From Macrostomum lignano (lineage: Eukaryota): DNA of 44,304 nucleotides. A program made the position numbers and the translations under genes. Positions 13,967-25,014 of the stretch are shown here, in pieces (positions within the stretch are counted from its first letter, which is position 1; every line of letters begins with the position of its first letter). The notes below the pieces were generated by a model that did not search any database, was not told the DNA's origin, and was given only the letters and a program-made list of their open reading frames with translations. The stretch lies in assembly GCA_002269645.1 (NCBI GenBank), contig NIVC01004492.1, positions 1-44,304 of the forward strand, given 5' to 3'.

Positions 13967-15539
13967 ATAAAAAAACTAATTTATAACTAAGCCACAGCAA
14001 TGAGAAGCAAAAAAAGCTCCAATTGACAATCAGCCAAGTTAAGAACATTAGTACGGACTTGATAAAGTCAAGCCAAATGTACTTTTAGCGAATTAGCCGT
14101 CATCAAAGATTTAGACATATGGAAAACTATTAAGAAATTCTAGTCGCTGTAGAAACGTGGCTTCGCTACGTAGGAATGACGAGTGGGTTGATGAATCGGG
14201 CTCAATGAACACTAGAGCAAGCTCAAAAGTAACTTAATCCCAACCACCTTATTACAAAACGGCACAGTGAATCTTGTCACCTTCCGTCAGTAGGAGTACA
14301 GGTGTAGGAGCAACCCAAGCTATAAAGGCAGGTGTAAAGTCTTAGGGGTAAGAATATGCGCATTTTTACGCTCATAAACTATATACAATGATTTTACCCA
14401 TCTACAGTATTATAACCAACAGAAATACGCTATTTTTCCTTCTAATAAACAATTTATTGCTTGTCGTCCGCATTGAGGTTGAATTCAAATTAATTGCCGC
14501 TAGCAACTAGGAGAGAAACATTCGGAATGCGGAATTGCAGCAGCAAAATTGGGTTTAAGCGATGGCCAATGTATGGCTCTGTTTATCAGAAGCAGTCCGG
14601 CAAAACCCCAAAATATATTTTTCTGGCGAATTTCACATCCCAGCTGCCGCATTTTGTGTCTCCTCTCTCTCTCCCTCTGCCCACTCCGGCGGATGCACAG
14701 GATACCGCTAAGCGTGGTTTCAGTGCGCATTCCTGGAAATTGCCTGGATGCAAGCCTAGTGGGCAGCGTGAACGATCGGCCTTAGCCTCACTTCCTCTCT
14801 CTGTTCAGCATGATTAAGGCGGCGGCTCTCTTCAAACTGCTGATGGAATTTAGTTTGCAAATAATAAATACAAGCTGAAAAAACTGGCTTATCTAGATGC
14901 ATCCATGCACCGTCTCTTTTCTTGTAAACATTTATAAACTTGTAGAAAGCTTCCAGGTTTCTTCTCGTCTTTTTGCCTGCTAAAGCTCTGTCCGAAAATG
15001 GTGCCCCTCCAGCTTCTCGCGATAATTTCTTCTTTTTGGATCTGGGTTTTGAGATGAGAGATTATAAAAAGTTGAACTTTCTTATAGCTAGCTGCCTACA
15101 ATACTCACCTAGATTGATCCTCAAAACCATTGGACAAGAAATAACTTTCAAAAGGCTTGATCGCCAGGTAGGTTTAAAACACGAATTAGGCTTTAGGAAG
15201 CTACCAGCCTATGAAAGAGACGCCGATTTATACGAGGCCGTCCGGCCCGAGGCGAATTGCGTGGGCGCTCGAGAGCTGCGGATGTGCAGGGGTTGGGGAG
15301 CTGCTGCAGTTCTGCCGGTTGGCTGCTGGGATGGCGCAGACGGAGCTGCCTCCGCGGAAACTGCGGAGTGCAGAGGGCCCGCTTTCTATTTGGTGTTTCA
15401 CTCCCCCCATGCGGTGACTAGAGGGGCGGGCGTGGCGTGCGTGTCCCTGGGCGACCCAATCCGAGGTCAGAGTGGGGTACACGCCGCACGCATTCCTTCC
15501 CACGTCTGCTGCCATGTGCCTGCTCTGTCGTTGTCTCCC

Positions 15540-15885
15540 CTCGCGTCTCTGTGACTCTCCCAGGCGTCTCTGTGACTCTACTCGCATCTCGGTGTCTCTC
15601 CCCGCGTCTCTGTGTCTCTCCCCGCATCTCTGTGACTCTCCTCGCGTCACTGTGACTCTCCTCGCGTCTCTGTGTCTCTCCTAGCGTCTCTGTGACGCTC
15701 CTCGCGTCTCTGTGAATCTCCCAGGCGTCTCTGTGACTCTCCTCTGTGACGCTCCTAGCGTCTCTGTGACTCTCCCCGCGTCTCTGTGACTCTCCTCGCG
15801 TCTCTGTGACTCTCCTCGCGTCTCTGTGAATCTCCCAGGCGTCTCTGTGACTCTCCTCGCGTCTCTGTGACTCTCCCCGCTTCTG
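15540..15885. repeat. 20-bp tandem repeat TCTCTGTGACTCTCCTCGCG, about 16 copies
   Basis: Visible tandem array. Confidence 0.92.
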
Positions 15886-16640
15886 TCTCTCGATTATTCA
15901 GATTTTTCTGTTTGAATCTCCCTCTGTTTTCGCGCTTTGTAAACTGCTTTCAGGGTTTCAATTTTTTGCCACTGATTCTGTTATGATCTTTGTGTATTCC
16001 TTTTTTAGCTATTTCTTCAGTTCTGAAGCATTAAATTTATACATCCTCCATTTGAAATTTATGCGATTCCTTTACCTCTTCAGCCCCAAGCACACATGAC
16101 TGACACCTTAGGTATTTAACGAACGTACTAGTGACATTCACATTATTACGAGTATTAGGGACTATCGTTGGTCGACTGCGGGCTCGATGAAGCCGGAACC
16201 CCGTGTGTGTGTGGTGGGTGTCCGCCCTTAAAAAGAGAGCGAGAAAGAGAGAGAGACAAACATAAGGCCGTCGCCATCTTTTTAGCCACCTGAATCGCTC
16301 GCTATACTGTACAGTAGCTTCTAGCTGCTGGGATGACTCTCTGATATCATAGGCGGGGCGCCAGTGTGATTGACAGGTGCTCTTCCTCTCTCCTTTTCCC
16401 TGCACCTGGCGTGGCTTAACGGGGCAGCTTTGGTGCTGACTAAATAAGAACAGCTCGATAAGAGCGCGGTATACATGCGATATGAGCGATTGATATAGAG
16501 GTGAAATCAACAGATGGTCAGGTGTGTGTGTATATTTGTACGATAACTACGTGGGTGGCTGCATTATCTTGCTAGGGTGCAAAGAAAGTCTGTTGATCTG
16601 ATGCGCTTTACAAATGCAAAAAACTTGGGTCCTATTGTAA

Positions 16641-16950
16641 GGCATCGCTACCTCCAGGGAATGCAAATTCTGCCGCTTCGGTGTTGAGAATGCGGAGCAC
16701 TTCATCGATGTCTCTACTCAGGACCTAATTTACTCAGGACAGGCTCACCCAGTTGGGGGGAAACTTGGACCCTTCAGACATTTTCAGGCCCGAGAATCTC
16801 TGCCAGCTCGTCCGCTCCCTCTCTGGAGGAGGACCGCGTTGCGGACGCCGGCACCACCGGATCTCCCTACGCGACATCAGCTGCCCGCGGTCGCTAGGGC
16901 TCGCTGTATCCCGATGCCGGAACCCCCTGCAGCCGAGTCCGGTAAGTAAA
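16641..16950 (+). mobile_element. Decayed 3' end of an RNase H-type non-LTR retrotransposon
   Basis: Translates as GIATSRECKFCRFGVENAEHFI, then after a frameshift RLTQLGGNLDPSDIFRPENLCQLVRSLSG. This parallels [15 protein letters not shown]...[29 protein letters not shown] of the element at 21-22 kb. It ends in GTAAGTAA, a TAAG-tail remnant. Confidence 0.6.
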
Positions 16951-17089
16951 TCACAAAGTTCTGTTAGAATCTAGTTTAGATATAAAACCGCCACAAGATA
17001 CGCTGTAGGAAGTCTCAGAATGAGAACAGCGTCACAGGGCTTGGGCGCGAACGTAGACTTTGCCAGACCTTGATGGGTAAGGCCACGTC

Positions 17090-18490
17090 CACAGAAATTA
17101 CACAGAATGCTCAGTCAGCGTTTTTTTGAGAATAGAACTGAGTATAAATAGATGCGCGCTCATACTACTTTGTCGATGAAGAGGAATGAGTAGCCATAGG
17201 TTTGTCTATGGCCAAAACCTCGGGGTTTCCGCGAGCGCCTATGAGGCGAAGGCTTAGTATGTTGCGAGAGTCTAAAGTTACCCATCTAGATAATACAAAA
17301 TCTGTGCTTTGGACTGCGTGGTTTTGAGTATTAAGAGAGGAAGAAGAATTTTTGCTAAGCAAAATGCAGAGAAGCTACGGCTGCCCAAACTACGCTTTTG
17401 AATGTCCACCTGGAACACGATCCACAGGTTTCCATCAGACCGTGATCGGTGAGTTGCAGATTGCGAAATGACCAACTTCGTCATTCTCTCTGTAGAAGCC
17501 TTCGTACCTTTCGTACCTTTATCTACATTTAGCAACTGCGACTGATATAATTAAAACTACAGGTGTGAAGATTGGGCTCGACGGATATTCCGAGCTGACC
17601 TTATAGGCAGAATTGTTCGAGCACAAATGGGCGAATGCTGTTGTATGCAGTCAGCACTTTGAGGACCACATGTACGAGGCTCACAGTCGACTTGCTTGGA
17701 ATTCCATTCCTACGCTAAAGCTCTACAAGCAAGCCGTAACAAAGCAAATACATCGGCCGCCTCCAAAGCAGAGAACTGATTCTCCAGCATCTCTGCATCA
17801 AACTCGCGTAAGTGGTAAAGTACAAAACGAAAACGATGTTTCTGGTTTTGCCGAGACTGCAAGTGAGCGGGATGATTAGCCAAAGGGAAGGAAACCCGTC
17901 CCAAGAGCAACTTTGGTTCGCCTGCTAAAAGAAAACCGGAATAATGGATAAATAATCAGCGGTCCCAGTGCGTGATAACGATTGTCTGGCGAGCGCCGGT
18001 AGGCGCGAGCCATAGACAAATCGTTGTCACGTGCTGCGACCGCTGATTCTTTGCATTGTTTTTCTGTTTGACGATCCTACAGACAATGCATTGTTTGTAG
18101 TAGTGGATTGTTCTGCATTAAAAATGTGAATAATGATCGTCAAATTGCTAAACAATGAATAATTCTTGTATTGCATTGCCTACATTGTTCTTATGACGGA
18201 CTTTATCAAAGTATGTTTTCCTTTTATGAGCATGTATACTTGCATCATTTGAATAAAAACGTACATTTAAACCATTTAAAACAGTATGATACATAAAAAG
18301 ATATGATACCTTGAGTTAGTGCCTTTTGTACTGCAAAATCGACAATCGCATAGCAGTTTTAACGCAAGTCACAGCTATAGTCTATGGCTACTCATTCCTC
18401 TTCATCGACAAAGTAGTGTGAGCGCGCATCTATTTCTACTCAGTTTTATTCTAAAAAAACGCTGACTGAGCATTCTGTATAAGTTCTGTG
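17090..18490 (+). mobile_element. Non-autonomous TIR DNA transposon (1401 bp), P-superfamily-like, carrying a THAP domain
   Basis: Left TIR 17090-17199 and right TIR 18382-18490 are reverse complements (5 substitutions and 1 indel in ~110 bp). Termini are CACAG...CTGTG. An 8-bp direct repeat GCCACGTC lies at 17082-17089 and 18491-18498. There is an internal THAP coding remnant and no catalytic transposase domain was found. Confidence 0.88.
17364..17879 (+). pseudogene. THAP zinc-finger domain, split by a 114-nt intron (17449-17562), with at least two apparent frameshifts
   Basis: Motifs in order: SYGCPN; IHRFPSDRD-R (donor CG|GTGAGT at 17449; acceptor TACAG|G at 17562); CEDWARRIFRADL; VVCSQHFEDHMY; LAWNSIPTL. 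These match the THAP hallmarks GCxN, FP, W..i.R, CSxHF and vPTl. A further donor CGC|GTAAGT lies at 17808. Confidence 0.75.
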
Positions 18491-19470
18491 GCCACGTCAG
18501 CAGCAGGATGAAGTGACCTGCCGGCTGGAGTCCCCGCCGGCGCAACAGGTCGCTTGGACGGGACAGGGCGCGATGACGACAGAGGGTCGCGTCGTCGACA
18601 TTAATATTCGGTTTTATACTAGATTCTTCTGAAATTAATTTTAACTGTGAATCTGCTTCGCTGGGAAAAGCACTAATAGTTAGATTAGAAAGTAGTAAAA
18701 AGCTCACATATGTGGTCATTAGGATTAATTGGTTGACTTTTTCGACTCATCACTAGGACATACCAGTACGTCTCTCGGAGAACACTACAAGCAGCACATC
18801 TATGCATAGTGAAGGTTATCGAGGTATTCATCAAGCGACTTTTTATACATAACCAGTAGGCCTACAAGATCAAAGCCTCCACTTCATCATATGTGTGCTA
18901 CCATGCCACTACTGCCTCTACACAACGCAATTTCTTCCCTTTGATGGAGTCGACAGTCTCGACAGTCTCACAGGAAGTGTAGAAGCTCAACAGATAGGGG
19001 CCTGAGCTGTGCAGCTCTGATTACAGGCTTTGATGAGACCAAGCAGACAGGTCCAAAAAATACTAATTCAACGGAGTCAGGATTGAATCATGAGCTTGGC
19101 CAAAGGTTTGATACAAGAGTCTTGTTAGTGCTTACCGAAAAGATGAAAGAAAAGTGTCTGTGGGTGATAAGCAATACTGTGCTATAAATTTAAAACTTTA
19201 TTCCCGCTGTAGCCTAAGATAGAGCGCCAAATTCTGACTATCTCCACTTCTGGACATCTGAATTCCGTGTTAAGCAAGTGTGCGTTTCCTTCAAGGTGCA
19301 GTCGCAAGTTTGTTGAGGAAAAATTTTGAAAACTATCTCATACTGCACAGCGCTGATTCGGATTTTGTCATAGACAAATTCGGCAGAAATTTTAGCAGAA
19401 CAGGCCCATGTTCATGAACTGATGGTGTGTCAGTGTTGCTGGCCATCCGGCCGCCGGAAGTTACCATGCT

Positions 19471-19737
19471 AGGTTGGATATGAGATATGAGTCGGATTCA
19501 CGACTGAAAGGTCGGAGGTTCGATTCTCGACCCACTCGGAACAATTTGTGTCCTTGAGCAAGACACTTAACTCTGCATTGCTTCAGTTCACCCAGCTGTA
19601 AAATGGGTGGGTGCCAGCATTAGCTGGGGTAATTGAGGGTGTGTGTGGCGACCCCCCAGTCATTGGACTGAACAGCCGTACGCAGCCTTCAGATGCGCCG
19701 CGCGATAGCGGGTGTAATCAATTATTATTATTAATTA
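19471..19737 (+). mobile_element. tRNA-derived SINE with CORE (MIR-like) central domain and (ATT)n tail
   Basis: B-box GGTTCGATTC at 19517-19526. The segment 19548-19607, GTGTCCTTGAGCAAGACACTTAACTCTGCATTGCTTCAGTTCACCCAGCTGTAAAATGGG, resembles the MIR core as remembered (GTGACCTTGGGCAAGTTACTTAACC...CAGTTTCCTCATCTGTAAAATGGG). ATT repeats occur at 19721-19735. Confidence 0.75.
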
Positions 19738-20397
19738 TAGCTAAAACCTGTTCATAAGTTTATTGTCGACGACCACAAAGACAACACCGCTAAAGGGCAA
19801 ACAACACCTAAAACTTTCTAGAGTAAAAGGTTTCAAGCATTACAGGGGTTGGTACTTAACAAGCAAAATTAGTGCTTTCGCAGCAACATAGGTGCACTTA
19901 AGACGTATAGGTACTGTTGCTAGGAATACGGTCTTCCAAAAGCGTCAATCATGACGTGTTAAACAAGGGTGGAATTCCTGACAGGACTCTGCAGGCCTTG
20001 GTGGCGTCAAGGCCACAGATAATTGCTCTGCAACCGTAAGCCATCGGATAGGGGAAGCGGGAATGGGCATTTTCCTCTTTTTTCAGGATCGAATTTCTCT
20101 CCCCGTCCAGCCCATGCAGATCGCCTCTGTCGTTTTTGTTTCTTTTGTTTATCCTTTTTCTGCTCCCGCCTGTGCTGAGGACCTACCACAAACAGGATTG
20201 CGCTGAAGATTGCAGCCTCAAAGGGAGGAGTTGCCTTTGGCTAGAACAACTATTATGATTTATTCTGTTTGATAAAATCATTTTAGAGTCCCGATAAAGG
20301 CCAAAACAAACTGTAAGTACAGACCTTAAAGATTTCTCGTTTGAATTGCGCAAAATCAATCAAGCTATTTGTTTGTGTATGCATATTTGACTGTCTT

Positions 20398-20597
20398 AAT
20401 CGGAATCTCCCTTCTAAAGATGAGCACTGAGTTGTGGATTGAGAATCGGAATCTCCCTTCTAAAGATGAGCACTGAGTTGTGGATTGAGAATCGGAATCT
20501 CCCTTCTAAAGATGAGCACTGAGTTGTGGATTGAGAATTGGAATCTCCCTTCTAAAGATGAGCACTGAGTTTTGGATTGAGAATCGGAATCTCCCTT
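20398..20597 (+). repeat. 46-bp tandem repeat CGGAATCTCCCTTCTAAAGATGAGCACTGAGTTGTGGATTGAGAAT, about 4.3 copies
   Basis: Units start at 20401, 20447, 20493, 20539 and 20585. Confidence 0.96.
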
Positions 20598-21077
20598 TTT
20601 ATCAAAACTGCAGGAGTAATCTGATGAAATAGGGCTATTGTGTATTGTACGTTGATTGATATGCTATTTTCAATTGATAGAGAATAAATTTAGTATTGTG
20701 CGGGCTAGGAAAAAAGCGATTTGGTAACTCTCCGCTGGACGAATGCGTTCACGCACGCTGCTGCAAGTAGCTGACACTCTAACAAGTAGCGGTTCGACGA
20801 AAGATTTGATGGAGACTGGGCTAGGCTAAATTTGCAGCTATTTGGTCAGCGAAAGCATTCCAACTATGCTGCCATCCATCTTCAGTGCACGCCTGCTAGG
20901 CTTTAGGCACTTCGGCTGCTATGCCGTTCTGCATGGTCGGGGCGCACGACTTCGGGCCTGTAAGCTGCAGTCTAACTTGACCCCGGCTGACCCACAAAGC
21001 CCAAGCCTTTCGCCGACTTTGGGCATAAACAGCTACTCCCCCCTTTCAAGCAGATGCGCAGTTTAGCGTCCGATTCC

Positions 21078-22237
21078 CGCATATGGACTTTGTCCGCCGC
21101 GACCTTAACAACATCCACATGGACCTGGGCAATGTGGATAGTCGACCTCCCGCCCTCAACATCAGGAGGGGCTTCAAGACCGCCATCCCTGGCCGAGACA
21201 ACATTCCGCTGGATGTCGGTGTGAACCGGCGCAGCCAGGGCATTCACTGCTTCACCGACGGCTCGCTGTTCAACGGCCGCGCTGGAGCGGGTATTGCCAT
21301 TTTCCACGAGGGTAAGATGCTTCTCCAGGAAAGTCTGCACCTCGGTGAGAACACCTCAGTTTTCCAAGCTGAAATTTGCGCCATTGAGCAGTGTGCCCAG
21401 CAACTGTTTCAGGCGAACATTAATAATTTTGACATTAATTTCTACACTGATAGCCAAGCTGCTATTAAGGCCTTAACCACTGAGAATATCTCCGCTGCTA
21501 CAGTATCTCAATGCCACCGCAGTGTGCAATCTCTCTCAGTCCTTAACAGGATTAGAATTATCTGGACACCTGGTCACAGCAACATCCTGGGCAACGAGCT
21601 CGCGGACTCTCTCGCCAAGGAGGGCAGCAACCCAGACGGCAACCACCGTCTGATGAGGCTACCCACCCCCAGGTCGCAAGTCACCCGCCATATCAACAGG
21701 TGGCTCCATCAGCAGCACCAGCTCCACTGGAACAGCTGCACCGAGTACAGGCAGAGCCGCTCTGCCATGCCTAACCTGAACAGGAAAGTCTCTGATTATC
21801 TGATTTCGCTTAACAGAACCGACCTCAGGGAGATGTGCATGGTCCTAACCGGCCACGGATTCTTCCAGAGACATATATCGTTGCAAACCGGTTGCCCTCC
21901 CACCTGTCCCTTCTGTGGCATAGGAGAGGAGACCGCGGAGCATCACGTCACCTTCTGCCCTTACTTCAACAAGGCGCGGCACAAATACCTCGGCCACCCC
22001 CAGCGGATGGACGAGCTGACCACCGCGGACAATATCCGAGACCTCCGCGCCTTCGTCCGGGACTCCGGCCGGATGAGGGTCGCCGATGCCTCCACTGCGG
22101 ACCTGCCGACTACTGGCGGGGACTGGGCGCACCCCCAAGGCTAATCCTTGTGCTCTTTTACCTTGGGGTTGCGATAGGGGCCTCGCGGCCTATTCGCGGC
22201 GCCTGCGCCCCCCGTCAGTAGTAAGTAAGTAAGTAAG
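21078..22237 (+). mobile_element. 5'-truncated non-LTR retrotransposon (I/Loa-group-like) with (TAAG)n tail and 14-bp TSD
   Basis: Direct repeat TAGCGTCCGATTCC at 21064-21077 and 22238-22251; (GTAA)n tail at 22220-22237; contains the RNase H and zinc-knuckle ORF. Confidence 0.9.
21083..22144 (+). CDS. C-terminal part of LINE ORF2: RNase H domain plus CCHC zinc knuckle (RT domain lost by 5' truncation)
   Basis: [26 protein letters not shown] and [19 protein letters not shown] give the D-E-D-D RNase H core. Downstream are LTGHG and [18 protein letters not shown]. The ORF is open for 353 codons. Confidence 0.88.
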   Translation: MDFVRRDLNNIHMDLGNVDSRPPALNIRRGFKTAIPGRDNIPLDVGVNRRSQGIHCFTDGSLFNGRAGAGIAIFHEGKMLLQESLHLGENTSVFQAEICAIEQCAQQLFQANINNFDINFYTDSQAAIKALTTENISAATVSQCHRSVQSLSVLNRIRIIWTPGHSNILGNELADSLAKEGSNPDGNHRLMRLPTPRSQVTRHINRWLHQQHQLHWNSCTEYRQSRSAMPNLNRKVSDYLISLNRTDLREMCMVLTGHGFFQRHISLQTGCPPTCPFCGIGEETAEHHVTFCPYFNKARHKYLGHPQRMDELTTADNIRDLRAFVRDSGRMRVADASTADLPTTGGDWAHPQG

Positions 22238-22689
22238 TAGCGTCCGATTCCTTGCGCCGAATGCCATATAATACCTGGGGGAGGGGCCCATTACGCACCG
22301 GCTGGTGTAATTGTTGGCCTGCTTGGGGAAATAAGGAGAACGGAACAGCGGAAGAAAGAACATGACGAACCGTCGGCAACAAATTCGTCTCTGTACAGAT
22401 TTTTCTCGCACTTTCAAGTTTCCTCCGAAATTGCTGCAACGTTTTTTGCCTCTGGTCTGGCTCTTCCATATCTGAAAATTCTGACCAATTCTTTTAGTAA
22501 GCATTTCAATCTTAACGGTTTTACCCATTGGCAATTGAAGTTGAGGGTCGACCGCTACACTTGCGAATCGTGAAACTTTGTTGGTTTTCGCTGCAAAATG
22601 CATTAGCAAGATTCCTACTAATATGGTAAACCTTTAAGACCTTCAGCATGATGAGAAGCTTTAAAATAAGGAGTCATTCTGTTATTGAT

Positions 22690-23550
22690 TTCTCAATCCA
22701 CAACTCAGTGCTCATCTTTAGAAGGGAGGTTCCAATTCTCAATCCACAACTCAGTGCTCATCTTTAGAAGGGAGATTCCAATTCTCAATCCACAACTCAG
22801 TGCTCATCTTTAGAAGGGAGATTCCAATTCTCAATCCACAACTCAATGCTCATCTTTAGAAGGGAGATTCCAATTCTCAATCCACAACTCAATGCTCATC
22901 TTTAGAAGGGAGATTCCAATTCTCAATCCATAACTCAGTGCTCATCTTTAGAAGGGAGATTCCAATTCTCAATCCACAACTCAATGCTCATCTTTAGAAG
23001 GGAGATTCCAATTCTCAATCCATAACTCAGTGCTCATCTTTAGAAGGGAGATTCCAATTCTCAATCCACAACTCAATGCTCATCTTTAGAAGGGAGATTC
23101 CGATTCTCAATCCACAACTCAGTGCTCATCTTTAGAAGGGAGATTCCAATTCTCAATCCACAACTCAATGCTCATCTTTAGAAGGGAGATTCCAATTCTC
23201 AATCCAAAACTCAATGCTCATCTTTAGAAGGGAGATTCCAATTCTCAATCCACAACTCAATGCTCATCTTTAGAAGGGAGATTCCGATTCTCAATCCATA
23301 ACTCAGTGCTCATCTTTAGAAGGGAGATTCCAATTCTCAATCCATAACTCAGTGCTCATCTTTAGAAGGGAGATTCCAATTCTCAATCCATAACTCAGTG
23401 CTCATCTTTAGAAGGGAGATTCCAATTCTCAATCCATAACTCAGTGCTCATCTTTAGAAGGGAGATTCCAATTCTCAATCCACAACTCAGTGCTCATCTT
23501 TAGAAGGGAGATTCCAATTCTCAATCCAGAACTCATTGCTCATCTTCAGA
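22690..23550 (-). repeat. Same 46-bp repeat as 20398-20597, in inverted orientation, about 18-19 copies
   Basis: The unit TCTCAATCCACAACTCAGTGCTCATCTTTAGAAGGGAGATTCCAAT is the reverse complement of the left array unit. Confidence 0.96.
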
Positions 23551-24039
23551 CCCAGCTTTCAAGATCTGAACCGACCATGCACTGAGATTGTAACAAGAAC
23601 AAGAATGGCTCAATAGTAAGGTGTAGTATAGTTTCTATTTGTGTAAGTTGTCAGGCAAATAAATGTATTATCTCTCCGACTCAAGCAACACTTGCCAACT
23701 CAGTCGTGGATAAATTTGCTGTATAATCAAAAGCTTGAAAGAAGGCAGTTAGTACAAAATACAAAAACAACAAGGAAGCCGAAGCCAACAGCAGAAACTT
23801 TGCAAAAACTTGATGAAGAAAAGTTTTCACTCAAAAATAAAAGTTTTTCCTTAATTTGATTGCAAAGCTAATTTAAAAATCAAACAAAAACTGTCCAAAT
23901 GACTTGCTATAGTTACTATGAAAATAAATACGCTCGTATTATTTACAAGTACTACAGACAATGTTTATATTAAACAAAACCTGTGGGAAATCTCGCTAAT
24001 TCGGCTTCTGAGTGCGAAATAGAAAAATTGTTTGATTGT

Positions 24040-24290
24040 GATTGGGGTGCGTATAATGGGGGAAGGGGTTCATCGGGTGTGTGTACATTGGGGGGTTGAT
24101 TAGGGTGTGTACATTGGGGGAAGGAGTTGATTGGAGAGCGAACATTGAGGGAAGGGTTGATTGGGGTGTGTACATTAGGGGGGAGTTAATTGGGATGCGT
24201 ACATTGGGGAAAGAAGTTGATTGGGGTATGTACTCTGGAGAAAAAGGTTGATTGGAGTGTGTACATTGGGGAAGGAGTTGATTGGGAAGT
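24040..24290. repeat. Degenerate ~29-bp G-rich repeat (GGGGAAGGAGTTGATTGGGGTGTGTACATT-like)
   Basis: GTTGATTGG and GTACATTGG recur about 8 times. Confidence 0.75.
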
Positions 24291-24632
24291 TTTTCTAAAT
24301 TATTTTTCTAACCCCTGGAAAATAGAATTAAGAATGGTTATCTTAAGCCGGAACTTTTCAGAACTAATGCCCATTATTGAACTCGAAAAGGAAAAGATGA
24401 CGAATGACTGATGAAATGAAAGCCAAAAAATCAATATCAAGAAACACGATTTCGAAAAAAAAGTAACGCGTATAGTAAAGCTATATTGATAAATAATGAC
24501 AAAATTTCAAATCAATGTAAAAAATGCTCGTGATGACCGAAAAAGCTTACTTATATAGTAGCTATTTAATGATTCTTTTAAAACGTTCTCGTATGATACA
24601 AGCGCAGAAAAAAAGAGTATAAACTCTCCAGC

Positions 24633-25014
24633 CTACACAAAATCGGCAGCCACCTCGTTCAGCCGCTGGTTAAGATCCCGCCTGAGCCGACTGGCGGTCA
24701 GAGTAGACAGCCAGCGCTGAAATTTTTCTCGAAATTCCACCGAGTCAAAACCGGCGTCGCCGCCGTTGCCATTAGCAACCGCGGCACCGTTAGCTTCATT
24801 GCAGTCTGCGTCTAAAACTGCTCGACGAAAACTATCAACAAGCAGACCCCCGATTAGGCGGTGAAACAGCACTGCGCCGGGGTCACCCGAGGTCAGGCGG
24901 TCGCGCGAGTAAGCCTCAAGGCCAGCTGATAGACTGTCCGACTCAGACTGAGACTTTTGATAAAGAAGCTGATGCTGTCGCTGTTGTAGAACCACTTGAA
25001 AGCGCAGACCTTGC
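24633..25014 (-). CDS. bHLH-LZ gene exon 3 (DCD-like C-terminus, TAG stop)
   Basis: Acceptor CATCAG|G completes the phase-2 codon; matches ORF 24633-25025. Confidence 0.75.

Noticed and set aside
14973-15554. 193-aa ORF
   Set aside because: No recognisable motif; it spans an abrupt AT-to-GC composition change and ends in the 20-bp repeat.
11969-23550. Regular 29/37/46-bp repeats as CRISPR arrays
   Set aside because: The units are directly adjacent with no unique spacers, there are no cas genes, and the context is eukaryotic.
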